This document shows positions 44,769 through 53,938 of a stretch of DNA of 64,000 nt, one piece after another (position 1 is the stretch's first letter; each line of letters opens with the position of its first letter). This DNA is from Hylemonella sp. (GTDB taxonomy: Bacteria > Pseudomonadota > Gammaproteobacteria > Burkholderiales > Burkholderiaceae_C): NCBI GenBank assembly GCA_040382055.1, contig JBEIGE010000002.1, positions 83,342-147,341 on the forward strand, in the 5' to 3' direction. The translations under genes and the position numbers were made by a program. Below the pieces are notes generated by a model. That model did not search any database. It was not told the DNA's origin and was given only the letters and a program-made list of their open reading frames with translations.

Positions 44769-45266
44769 TCACTCGCCCTCCACTTTGAAGCTGAAGCGTC
44801 CGGACTCATGCCGGGCAAGAGCCAGCGTCTGTGTTGCGGGCAGAGTCACGCGGGAAGCTGCAAAATCCGCCTGGATTGGCAGCTCGCGACCACCCCGGTC
44901 TACCAGTACCGCCAGACGGATGGATTCAGGTCGACCGAAATCAAACAGCTCATTCATCACCGCCCGTATTGTGCGACCGGTAAACAGCACGTCATCGAGA
45001 ATCAGAATATGGGCGTCTTTGACATCAAATGGCAAGGAGGTCTGCCCCCCCGCGGCCAAACCACGGCGAGAGAAGTCATCCCGGTGCAAGGTCGACGAAA
45101 TTGAACCGGCAGCTCCTGACAGTCCCAGATCGACTTGCAAGCGTTGCGCCAACCAGGCACCGCCCGAAGTCACACCAACCAAGTGTGTCTGCATATCCAC
45201 CAGGGGCCTGACCCCTCTTAGCAACTCACCGTACAGAGCCTCCGCATCCAGTGCCAGTGTGCTCAT
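44769..45266 (-). CDS. pyrR: Bifunctional pyr operon regulator / uracil phosphoribosyltransferase PyrR
   Basis: PRPP-binding motif [13 protein letters not shown]. 165 aa. Directly upstream of pyrB. Confidence 0.88.
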   Translation of the reverse strand: MSTLALDAEALYGELLRGVRPLVDMQTHLVGVTSGGAWLAQRLQVDLGLSGAAGSISSTLHRDDFSRRGLAAGGQTSLPFDVKDAHILILDDVLFTGRTIRAVMNELFDFGRPESIRLAVLVDRGGRELPIQADFAASRVTLPATQTLALARHESGRFSFKVEGE

Positions 45267-45688
45267 TCAATCGTCCTTAAAAATTGTTCAAGAATAATGC
45301 AGGCGGCTCCGGCATCGGCATCTGCTGCCCCACTTGTGAGCGCCTCAGTGGTGCTGTAGCGCTCATCAACTTCAAAAACCAGCAATCCAAACCGCCCGCG
45401 CATTTGCCGCGCAAAGCGTCTGCATCGCCATGTATTGTCGTGTTCAGTGCCATCCGGGTACAAGGGAACCCCGATGACCAGGGCATCAGGCTGCCACTCC
45501 TTGAGCAGCTTGGCTAGTTCAAGCAGCCTCAAGTCACCTTGGGCACGAATCGTCTGCAAGGGCTGGGCGCTACGGATGAGTCGGTTGCCGACTGCCACCC
45601 CGGTACGTTTAAGACCCAGATCCAGCGCGAGAAAGGTTTGCAAATGGGCCGGGACGGATGGCGTCATGGGAGCCATCGCCGCCATCAT
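45263..45688 (-). CDS. ruvX: Holliday junction resolvase-like nuclease RuvX (YqgF)
   Basis: LALDLGLKRTGVAV ... DERYSTTEA matches the YqgF signature. 4-nt overlaps with both neighbours. Confidence 0.85.
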   Translation of the reverse strand: MMAAMAPMTPSVPAHLQTFLALDLGLKRTGVAVGNRLIRSAQPLQTIRAQGDLRLLELAKLLKEWQPDALVIGVPLYPDGTEHDNTWRCRRFARQMRGRFGLLVFEVDERYSTTEALTSGAADADAGAACIILEQFLRTIE

Positions 45689-46284
45689 GCGTGACCGGCC
45701 TCAGGTGACAACATCCAGGCCTGCAAGCCCAGCAGGAGTAATGCCTTGTCGTATCGCTCGGCCACGGGCGTATCAAAAATGACGGAACGGTCAGCGTTCA
45801 CAGTCAACCAGCTGTTTTCACCGATCTCTGACTCCAGCTGGCCTTCACCCCAGGCAGCGTAGCCCAGTGAAACCAGAACACGGCGAGGGCCTGCGCCGGA
45901 CGACAAGGCCTCCAGGACATCTTTGGAGGTGGTCATCTCCAGCCCTCCGGGAATGGCCATGGTAGAAGCATAAACGGGCTCAGCAGGTTGACTGCCCTGG
46001 TCAAAAATGGGCTCATGCAAAACGAAACCGCGCTCGGTCTGAACCGGCCCGCCCTGAAAAACAGGCTCATCCTTGAGGTCTACCCTTTGTAACAACAGAT
46101 TGACCTTGTCGAAAAGACTGGAGATATTGAAATCACTGGGTTTGTTGATCACAAGCCCCAGAGCACCACGCTGGCTGTGTTCACACAGGTAAACGACGCT
46201 TCTGGAAAAAATCTCGTCCTGCAGGCCGGGCATTGCAATCAAAAAATGATTGGTCAAATTAATAGGTGCAGAATCGGTCGACAT
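45685..46284 (-). CDS. YqgE/AlgH-family protein
   Basis: HFLIAMPGLQDEIFSRSVVYLCEHSQRGALGLVINKP matches the family. Start moved to ATG 46284. Confidence 0.8.
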   Translation of the reverse strand: MSTDSAPINLTNHFLIAMPGLQDEIFSRSVVYLCEHSQRGALGLVINKPSDFNISSLFDKVNLLLQRVDLKDEPVFQGGPVQTERGFVLHEPIFDQGSQPAEPVYASTMAIPGGLEMTTSKDVLEALSSGAGPRRVLVSLGYAAWGEGQLESEIGENSWLTVNADRSVIFDTPVAERYDKALLLLGLQAWMLSPEAGHA

Positions 46285-46304
46285 GATTAATTCTAGCGGC
46301 GAAC

Positions 46305-47768
46305 ATGGATAAACAGTTTGAAACGGGCCTGGTCTGGTTCCGGCGCGATTTAAGAACCAGGGACTGCACGGCATTGAACTTGGCATTTGCACAATGTCGA
46401 CAAGTTCATTGTGTTTTTGTGTTTGATCGCTCGATTTTGGACCCATTGCCACGCGTTGATAGACGGGTTGAATTCATCCGTGAGTCCTTGCTTGAACTTG
46501 ATATCAGCCTGCGTCAATTGGCTGGTCATGATGCGGCCGGCTTGATCGTGCTTCTCGGTACTGCCACCCAGGTCATCCCCGAGCTGGCCCAGTCCCTGGG
46601 AATACAAGCCCTCTTCGCAGCCCACGATTACGAGCCGCAAGCCGTGGCTCGTGACGATGCCGTATGCAAAACCCTCACTGACCTGCAGATCGAGTTCATC
46701 AGTTGCAAAGATCAGGTGATTTTCGAGAAGCAGGAAATTCTGACCCAGTCCGGGACGCCGTATGGCGTTTTCACACCCTATAAAAACGCTTGGCTGAAAA
46801 AGTTGTCCGAACAGCCCTTAAGTCTGAACAACCCTGATCCAGCACACGCGTGTCTGGCACGCCGACCTGAACAGCTCCAGCGTGCTGTTCCATCGTTGGC
46901 AGAAATTGGTTTCAGTCCAAGCAATCTGCGCACCTTACAAATTCCGACCGGTCAGAGTGGTGCTCAGAAACTGCTGGAAAACTTTCTCCTCCGAATCGAT
47001 CAGTACCATGAAACTCGTGACTTCCCGGCTATCCGCGGGCCAAGTTACCTCAGCATGCACCTGCGCTTTGGAACCATTTCCATACGCGAACTGGTTATTT
47101 TGGCGTATGTCAAAAGCAGACAAGGTAGCCAGGGGGCGGCCATTTGGCTCAGTGAGTTGATCTGGCGGGAGTTTTACTTTCAGATTCTGTTCAACTTTCC
47201 CCATGTTGCAACTGGCGCCTATCGTCCTGCGTATGACGCCATTGAATGGGAAGAAGGAGAGCTGGCGCTATCGCGATTCAGCGCCTGGTGCCAAGGACAA
47301 ACCGGCTATCCGCTGGTCGACGCCGCCATGGCCCAAATCAACCAGACAGGTTATATGCACAACCGCCTGCGCATGGTGGTGGGCAGCTTTTTGGTGAAAG
47401 ATCTGGGCATAGACTGGCGCTGGGGAGAGCGCTACTTTGCAGAACAACTCAATGATTTTGACCTCGCCGCCAACAATGGGGGATGGCAGTGGGTAAGTTC
47501 CAGCGGGTGCGATGCTCAACCTTATTTCAGAATTTTCAACCCGGTCAGTCAAAGTGAAAAGTTCGACCCCAACGGAAAATTCATCCGCCGCTATTTGCCG
47601 CAACTCAACGATCTGTCTGACAAGGACATTCACTCCCCCTGGACAGCCACTGCGTTAGCCATGAAAGCAGCAGGGGTTGTCTTGGGGGAAAACTATCCAA
47701 AACCTGTTGTGGCCCACGATCAGGCTCGCGCAAAAACTTTGCTGCGTTACTCAGTCGTCAAAAAATGA
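46305..47768 (+). CDS. phrB: Deoxyribodipyrimidine photolyase (cryptochrome/photolyase family)
   Basis: N-terminal LVWFRRDLR, C-terminal FAD-binding TGYPLVDAAMAQINQTGYMHNRLRMVVGSFL...GGWQW. Confidence 0.88.
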   Translation: MDKQFETGLVWFRRDLRTRDCTALNLAFAQCRQVHCVFVFDRSILDPLPRVDRRVEFIRESLLELDISLRQLAGHDAAGLIVLLGTATQVIPELAQSLGIQALFAAHDYEPQAVARDDAVCKTLTDLQIEFISCKDQVIFEKQEILTQSGTPYGVFTPYKNAWLKKLSEQPLSLNNPDPAHACLARRPEQLQRAVPSLAEIGFSPSNLRTLQIPTGQSGAQKLLENFLLRIDQYHETRDFPAIRGPSYLSMHLRFGTISIRELVILAYVKSRQGSQGAAIWLSELIWREFYFQILFNFPHVATGAYRPAYDAIEWEEGELALSRFSAWCQGQTGYPLVDAAMAQINQTGYMHNRLRMVVGSFLVKDLGIDWRWGERYFAEQLNDFDLAANNGGWQWVSSSGCDAQPYFRIFNPVSQSEKFDPNGKFIRRYLPQLNDLSDKDIHSPWTATALAMKAAGVVLGENYPKPVVAHDQARAKTLLRYSVVKK

Positions 47769-47786
47769 AGGGGACTAGGTCCGCCA

Positions 47787-47808
47787 CGCCTGAATTCGTC
47801 TTCAGGCG
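47787..47808. terminator. Bidirectional hairpin between convergent phrB and chpA
   Basis: CGCCTGAA-TTCGTC-TTCAGGCG is a perfect 8-bp stem in the 49-nt gap between the two stop codons. The U-tract is weak. Confidence 0.5.
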
Positions 47809-47817
47809 ATTGGCAGC

Positions 47818-50800
47818 TTAAACCTTAACCCCGGCTTTATGATAGACATCTGCCAATACAAAGGGGTTGTAAATCAGTACAAAAGCCCCTGAATCCAGCG
47901 CAGATATCCCGGTCAGCCCGGGAAGTCTGGAAAGCTGGGGGCCCAAGTTTTTGACGACCAGTTCCTGATTCCCAATAACCTCATCGACATGCAGGGCCAT
48001 ACGCCGACCCGCCTTTTGCAAAATGACAACCGGCACGGCAGCATTAGACTGATGCTCGGTACTGGATGGTGAGACTTGCATCAACGCACCTGACCAAAAA
48101 AATGGCAACGATTGTCCATCCAACACGACTGCTTGCTGTTGAAAGGCCTGTGCAAGCTCGTTGGAAGTGAGGTGCATGACGTTCTCTACCAGGTTGGCGG
48201 GCACACCCATCGACAAAGCTCCCATACGAACCATCATCACCTGAGTTATTGCTCTCGACAACGGGAAAACCAGATGAAAACGGGTTCCCATACCGGGCTG
48301 AGTTGAGATGTCTATCCGCCCGCCAAGCGAGTTGACTACGCGGCGAACCTCTTCCATGCCCATGCCTGGTTCCGTCAACCTGGTGAGTTGATGTGCAGTC
48401 GAAAACCCGGGCTTAAAAATTAGCTCTGCCACTTCAGCCTCTGACAGCGAATGGCCTTCTTCCACCAGGCCTTGAACCAAAGCCTTATCTCGAATTTGAT
48501 CCAAATTCAAGCCCGCACCATCGTCGCTTATGAACACCGAAGCATCATTGCCTTGTGTCTGAAGCTCAATCAGAATCAAACCCGTTACTTCTTTGCTCAA
48601 CTGTTGACGCAGTTCCGGTGTCTCAATTCCATGCACCACCGAGCTACGCACAATGTGTGCAAAAGCAGGTGCCATCAGGTCGAGCACAAGCCGGTCAATT
48701 TCAAGTGATTCACCCGTGATCTTCAACTGCACTTGCTTATCAAGTTCTTGAGCCGCTTGACGCACCACGCCATGAAGACTCTCGGAAATACTTTCAAACT
48801 CGACCATGCGTGTACGCAATAAACCTCGCTGGAGGTCTTTGGTTTGGCGAAGCTGGGAAATCAAATCATCTTCTGTCCCATTGAGGGTGATCTGCAAGTG
48901 ACGCTTGACAGTGGCTAGGTTGTTGACCGACTCCGCCATCACTCGGGCAAGCTCTTGAAATCGGTCAGGGGGTTGGGAACCCAAGCGATCAACGCCCTGA
49001 TGCAGGTCTTGGGTCTTCACCGGAAGTGACTGTATTGGGGAGTCAGCCTGGGCTTCAATTTCTCGCAACTGGTGGTGCAAACGCTCGAGATTGCCAGTCA
49101 AATCGGCAAGTGAACCGCGCATCTGAGATAGCCGGGTTTCCATTCGAGCGCCAGCAACCATCACTTCACCAGCCTGATTTAACATGTCGTCTAGCAGCTG
49201 CAAGCGACTGGTCTGAACTGCAACCGGACCGGCCTGGGTTGGTGTTGGTACCCAAGGACTATCAATGGTCGCCCCAAGCGCCGCGAGTTGGGACGACTCT
49301 GCGTCAATTACAGGAATTTTGTTCTCTGATGGAAATACGGCAGCTACTTCAATGGCATCAATTTCGGTGGTCTCACGTTCAGACTGATCCACCTGATCCG
49401 CTTGAGGCGACTGAACAGCCTGATCCGCATTCGCCAATTCCGTTTGGTAAATCTGATGAAGGGCCTGAAGGAGTTCTGGCCTGGGCTCCTTGAGAAAGCC
49501 GGCAGCAAACTGATGCAGAAGATGCCTGATTGTGTCTGCCGCTTTAACGAATACTTCTGCGTGTTCAGGCAAACCTAGTGCGTGGCGTTGAACATGCGCC
49601 AGCGCCATCTCAAGCTCACGTGAAAATTCGGATAAAGCCTGGAAGCCGACCTTGGCAGAGCTGTCGGCCAAGTTGTGCGCCAATGCCATCAACGTATCGG
49701 ACAGGAGGCAAGGCAGCTCAATCTGCCACTCACTGAGTTCGGTTTGCAATCGACGAGACCACTCGTCAGCGTCATTGAGGTAATCATTGAAGAGCGGAAT
49801 AGCTATGCGCAGGTGGCCAATGACTCTGAACTGATCATCGTCAGACCCCACATCTTCAAGCAGGGGCTCTGCGACATCTGTATTTGGTGAATTGATCTGC
49901 TCATCCTGTGTGTTGACTTCAGGAAAATCCAGACTCGTCGTTGCAACTGGGCTCAGTACCTCATCAGTCACCGCAGCTTCAACAGCGGGAGTCGTCGAAG
50001 CGGGATCGGGGTCACTGAACTGGGCAACTTCATAATTTACAGGCTCGTTCTCATACAAACCGTAGGCCAAACGCACCGCAGATACAAAAGGCACCCGTTC
50101 TTTACCCAAAGGATTGGCCTGAGCCACAAAAAACAACAGATCCTGAGCCAGACGCTCAGACATATCCTCTTCGCCCTTGGCAAATTTGGCGTACTGCATC
50201 AAAACGCGAGTTGCTGCACGCTTGGCATACAAATCCATTTCAATCAAATGATGTGCTATTGCCTGGAAAAAAGCCGCCGATATTTGCCAAAAAGCCCGTT
50301 GCTGAACAGACTTCTTTTCAAGGGACAAACCATGACAGATCTCACTCATCAGCTCGGCTGAAGTTGTGTTGCCTGATTTGACAATACCCAAAACACCGTG
50401 ATCCATCCGAACACGCACACTGGGGTCGTAACCCAGTGGCTTGCACTCTGCGGGTAATGGGCAGTCGATCCAGCGCCATTCATAAGCCCAAAGGTCTGCA
50501 GGATGAACGCGGTCACCGCCCAACAAAGTCAGAATTTCTCGGTACTCGGGAAAAAGGACAATGGAGGACACCGACCTATCGTGCTGCAAAGCCTTGAGGT
50601 ATCGGGTCAGTGCAACATGGGCACTATGAACCTTGGAGGCAGCATCTTCTCCAAATAACTCCGGATTTTCCAGACGCTTCTGCGCCAGGGCTTCGGTAGC
50701 CTTGAGCAATTTGGCAGGCTCCACCAAGCCCGCCTCTTCTAGCAGAGCAAGCAACGCATTGATCTGCTGACTTGCAGCCCCTAGGTCACTGGAGTCAAGG

Positions 50801-50931
50801 GCCTCAAGAACCCCGACCAAGGGGCCAATTTCAACGACTCCGGCAGCATGCTCGCCGATAAACGCTTGGTGGTTTGACATGGCTAGCTGGGATGCTGAGT
50901 GTGTCGCTTGGAACGCGTTTGGATCATGCAA
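47818..50931 (-). CDS. chpA: CheA-type chemosensory histidine kinase (ChpA/PilL-like), single Hpt, no receiver domain
   Basis: Hpt box LAHNLADSSAKVG (H419), CheA N-box HIVRSSVVHGIE, G1 DDGAGL, and a C-terminal CheW-like P5 domain. The ORF ends right after P5. Start is TTG 50931 (8-nt overlap with pilJ) or ATG 50880. Confidence 0.8.
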   Translation of the reverse strand: MHDPNAFQATHSASQLAMSNHQAFIGEHAAGVVEIGPLVGVLEALDSSDLGAASQQINALLALLEEAGLVEPAKLLKATEALAQKRLENPELFGEDAASKVHSAHVALTRYLKALQHDRSVSSIVLFPEYREILTLLGGDRVHPADLWAYEWRWIDCPLPAECKPLGYDPSVRVRMDHGVLGIVKSGNTTSAELMSEICHGLSLEKKSVQQRAFWQISAAFFQAIAHHLIEMDLYAKRAATRVLMQYAKFAKGEEDMSERLAQDLLFFVAQANPLGKERVPFVSAVRLAYGLYENEPVNYEVAQFSDPDPASTTPAVEAAVTDEVLSPVATTSLDFPEVNTQDEQINSPNTDVAEPLLEDVGSDDDQFRVIGHLRIAIPLFNDYLNDADEWSRRLQTELSEWQIELPCLLSDTLMALAHNLADSSAKVGFQALSEFSRELEMALAHVQRHALGLPEHAEVFVKAADTIRHLLHQFAAGFLKEPRPELLQALHQIYQTELANADQAVQSPQADQVDQSERETTEIDAIEVAAVFPSENKIPVIDAESSQLAALGATIDSPWVPTPTQAGPVAVQTSRLQLLDDMLNQAGEVMVAGARMETRLSQMRGSLADLTGNLERLHHQLREIEAQADSPIQSLPVKTQDLHQGVDRLGSQPPDRFQELARVMAESVNNLATVKRHLQITLNGTEDDLISQLRQTKDLQRGLLRTRMVEFESISESLHGVVRQAAQELDKQVQLKITGESLEIDRLVLDLMAPAFAHIVRSSVVHGIETPELRQQLSKEVTGLILIELQTQGNDASVFISDDGAGLNLDQIRDKALVQGLVEEGHSLSEAEVAELIFKPGFSTAHQLTRLTEPGMGMEEVRRVVNSLGGRIDISTQPGMGTRFHLVFPLSRAITQVMMVRMGALSMGVPANLVENVMHLTSNELAQAFQQQAVVLDGQSLPFFWSGALMQVSPSSTEHQSNAAVPVVILQKAGRRMALHVDEVIGNQELVVKNLGPQLSRLPGLTGISALDSGAFVLIYNPFVLADVYHKAGVKV

Positions 50932-53086
50932 TCTTGAAGCGCTCTACAGACTGACGCAGGTCGTCTGCCATTCTCAAGAGCTCACGAACCTGGGAAACCG
51001 TTGATTGCGTACCTTCGGCGGTCTGCTCTGTCACTTCAAAAATATGCTGGATGTTGTCTGCAACGACATTAGCGAGCTCGGCCTCCCGAGAAGTCGTATT
51101 GGAAATTTGCTCGATCAGATCAGTCATGCGTGTTGACACTTGGTCAATGTCAGACAGGGCCGATAACGCGGCGTCTGACAGGTTGGTACCATCCACCAAG
51201 TCATGAGTCGATTTTTCCATTGCCGCAAAAGCGTCTTGGGTATCCGTCTGGATGGCCTTGACCAGATCAATAATCTGACGCGCAGCATCTGACGAACGTT
51301 GGGCAAGCCGCTGAGCTTCTTCAGCTAAAACAGAAAAGCCTCTGCCGGCCTCACCCGAAGCGGCAGCTTTGATTGCAGAGTTCAACGCCACCAAGTTGGT
51401 TTGCCTGGAGAGGTCAGAAATCATTTCAGTAATTTCAGCAATTTCCACAGAAGACGCACCCAAATGTTTGATTCCTTTGGAGGTTTCATGGATTTTTCCA
51501 CGAATGGCGTCCATGCCGCCAATGGCGTTCTGCACAGCCTGCAGACCCGACTCGGCAGTTGCCCTCGATTCACGGGCTAAAGTAGCGGACTCCTGAGCTT
51601 GCCGCGACACCTTATTGATGCGTGAGGCTAAATCAAGTACAGAAAGCCCTGTTTCCTTGATCTCGTTCATTTGATCATTGGACGCCACCAAAAGCGCTGT
51701 CGAAGTAAGGTCTACATTTGAGGTTGCCTGAATGACCCTGGTCGAGGTAGTCTGGACGTGACCCACCAGCACCCTCAGCTCCTCAACCGTGGAGTTGACT
51801 GAGTCTGCTACGGGGCCGGTGATGCCTTGAGCTACAACGACTTTTTGCGTCAGGTCGCCTTTAGCCACAATCTGAAGCGCATTTATGAGTCTCGAAACTG
51901 CAGCTTGGTTCGTAGCCTTAACGCGTTTGGCCTCATCTGCATGACGCTGGGCATCCTGTCGAAGGGTCTCGGCCAATGTCTGGCGTGTGTAGCTGTCCTG
52001 AATATGGACAAAACCCAATCCGACTGCAAACGACAGTGCGAATAAACCCAGCACATTGAGAGCGATCTGTATCAAGAAGCCGAAGCCAGATGTCAAGGCC
52101 AATTGACGCTGTATGTCTTGTAGCTCACGACGCAGCAGTTCGCTGTCGGCGAGGATTGCATCCTGAGCCTCGCGGGCAGCACCCAGGCCAGACAGATTTA
52201 TTGAAATTGCGTCCGTCTGGATTCGCGTTTGTTCATAAAGATTGATCAGGGCCGTTAACTGCTCACGTGTTTGGAGATCACGTGAAATGGTCAAACGTAG
52301 CTCAGAGTTTCCGTCCAGCAGTCCCTGGGCAATTTCAAGAACCGATTTGAGGTCCTTATCCAGCATGGACAAGACCTGCGGGTTCACACCTTCTGCAGTG
52401 AAGTAATCGCTGGCGGATTTGCCGATTCGCTGCGATAGCATCGCCAATTGGCTGGCAGCCAAAACCTCTATTGCTGGAGCATTTTGTTGCAGCTTCAGGG
52501 TAGATACTGCCTCTGCGCTATCGAGCAGGCTGGATGACTGACGATTAATTTGACGGAGTGAAGCACCACCCTGCATCAGTGCCTTTTGTTGAGCCAGCAC
52601 CATGGCTGCACTTTTCTCAGTCCTGAGCATCAAAGGCATGATCTTTTCAAGCTTAGGCTGCAGGTGATCTGCAAGTGCCACCAAGTTGAGATCGTCATCA
52701 CCACTTTTTAAGCCTCTGAACGTTTTTGCCAAAGCTCCCGCGCTATCAGAAACATCAGGAAAAGCCTGGCTTGCGCCCAGCAAGGCCTGCGAAACGGACT
52801 TGGCAAGCCTTTGGGACTGCATCAGAGCTTGACCAGTTGCTGCGATTTGGTTGGCGACCTTGTTGGTAGCATTCAGAGCCGTCAGAGTCAGGCCGGTCAT
52901 CAGAACCAGGGCCAACCCCAATAAAACGTACAAAATGCGCTGATGTTGGCTAATGGTACGCATACCCAGAACGGGCACGTAGAGCAAGCTCAAGCGGGGG
53001 TCATGATCAGCGTCAGATGGCTTGCGAACGAAGAGGGCTTTGAGCTTTTCGACAACAAACATGGTGACGCTCAAGGACTTAAGCAC
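50924..53086 (-). CDS. pilJ: PilJ-type methyl-accepting chemotaxis protein
   Basis: N-terminal TM and PilJ-like periplasmic repeats (ATGQALMQSQRLAKS). HAMP domain, then a C-terminal MCP signalling domain (LVALNSAIKAAASGEAGRGFSVLAEEAQRLAQRS). Start is GTG 53086 or ATG 53062. Confidence 0.8.
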   Translation of the reverse strand: MLKSLSVTMFVVEKLKALFVRKPSDADHDPRLSLLYVPVLGMRTISQHQRILYVLLGLALVLMTGLTLTALNATNKVANQIAATGQALMQSQRLAKSVSQALLGASQAFPDVSDSAGALAKTFRGLKSGDDDLNLVALADHLQPKLEKIMPLMLRTEKSAAMVLAQQKALMQGGASLRQINRQSSSLLDSAEAVSTLKLQQNAPAIEVLAASQLAMLSQRIGKSASDYFTAEGVNPQVLSMLDKDLKSVLEIAQGLLDGNSELRLTISRDLQTREQLTALINLYEQTRIQTDAISINLSGLGAAREAQDAILADSELLRRELQDIQRQLALTSGFGFLIQIALNVLGLFALSFAVGLGFVHIQDSYTRQTLAETLRQDAQRHADEAKRVKATNQAAVSRLINALQIVAKGDLTQKVVVAQGITGPVADSVNSTVEELRVLVGHVQTTSTRVIQATSNVDLTSTALLVASNDQMNEIKETGLSVLDLASRINKVSRQAQESATLARESRATAESGLQAVQNAIGGMDAIRGKIHETSKGIKHLGASSVEIAEITEMISDLSRQTNLVALNSAIKAAASGEAGRGFSVLAEEAQRLAQRSSDAARQIIDLVKAIQTDTQDAFAAMEKSTHDLVDGTNLSDAALSALSDIDQVSTRMTDLIEQISNTTSREAELANVVADNIQHIFEVTEQTAEGTQSTVSQVRELLRMADDLRQSVERFKIA

Positions 53087-53609
53087 CGATAGTCAAAAAT
53101 TCAGCTGACTGGGACATCACTTGCAAATTAATCTCCTGCCAATGAGCTCCTGTTTCGTCCTCGAACCGTGTACCGAAATATGCGGGAGCTCCCTCGATTG
53201 AAGGGGCTACTGCAGCAAAAGAGCCTGTGTTTCGCAAACCCGCTAGCCCATCCAAGCACAAAGCACAGTTAACCTCCAGCGAGGAATTCAAGGTAACCAA
53301 GCTGCTGCCACGCGCGGGTTGGACACTATGGGCCAAGACATCTCTGGCATTTATGAATTGATCAAGATCGATCATCCCAAACAGTCCGCCACGCAGATTC
53401 ACGATACCTAAAAACCACACGGCAGTATAGGGAACTGGCTGAAAATCGACCAGGGGAAATATCTCACCCAACTGACCCAGGGGCAACAGATAGTTGTTCT
53501 CTGAGGAGCGAAAGGCAAGCCATGAAACAGACAAACCTTCGGTTTTGGCTGAACGCAGGCGGTTGTCTAGCCTCTCTTGCAGATCCCTGAGTGACTCAGT
53601 GTTTGTCAT
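53079..53609 (-). CDS. pilI: CheW-like coupling protein (PilI-like)
   Basis: 176-aa single CheW domain (YLLPLGQLGEIF...VWFLGIVNLRGGLFGMIDL). Confidence 0.75.
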   Translation of the reverse strand: MTNTESLRDLQERLDNRLRSAKTEGLSVSWLAFRSSENNYLLPLGQLGEIFPLVDFQPVPYTAVWFLGIVNLRGGLFGMIDLDQFINARDVLAHSVQPARGSSLVTLNSSLEVNCALCLDGLAGLRNTGSFAAVAPSIEGAPAYFGTRFEDETGAHWQEINLQVMSQSAEFLTIGA

Positions 53610-53622
53610 GGGATAAAGATTT

Positions 53623-53663
53623 AGCCCAGCTCAATTGATCGGTACCATCAATTCATCTGGGCT
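53623..53663 (-). terminator. 41-nt imperfect palindrome (hairpin) between rubredoxin and pilI: terminator, attenuator or operator
   Basis: AGCCCAG..CAATTGAT-CGGTACC-ATCAATT..CTGGGCT, with 15 of 18 arm positions paired. It ends 13 nt before the pilI ATG. Confidence 0.4.
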
Positions 53664-53670
53664 ACGACCA

Positions 53671-53877
53671 CTAAATTTGTACCATTTCGAAATCTTCCTT
53701 ACGCGCACCGCATTCTGGACAAGTCCAGTTCATGGGAACGTCAGCCCACAGGGTGCCGGGGGCAATGCCATGCTCAGGAGCACCAACTGCCTCATCGTAA
53801 ATCCAGCCACAAATCAAACACATCCAAGTTTTGTTTTCAATCACAGTGCGCAAGGCCTTCGAATAGAATAAAGTCAT
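53671..53877 (-). CDS. Rubredoxin
   Basis: CLICGWIYDE ... CPECGARKEDFEMVQI supplies two CxxC iron ligand pairs. The true start may be downstream of 53877. Confidence 0.85.
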   Translation of the reverse strand: MTLFYSKALRTVIENKTWMCLICGWIYDEAVGAPEHGIAPGTLWADVPMNWTCPECGARKEDFEMVQI

Positions 53878-53938
53878 TGTATAGATGCCATGTCATTGAT
53901 TTTTCAATCGCTCACAGCACGTTACGATATTCTGCCTG

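Noticed and set aside
45263-45688. Possible link between ruvX here and ruvA/ruvB at 30-33 kb as one recombination locus.
   Set aside because: ruvX sits in the conserved yqgE-ruvX-pyrR-pyrB operon, 12 kb away on unrelated transcription units. The co-occurrence is ordinary.
53878-53938. TPP riboswitch upstream of the thiD-like gene.
   Set aside because: The spacer is only 61 nt and lacks the CUGAGA / ACCUGA THI-box elements.
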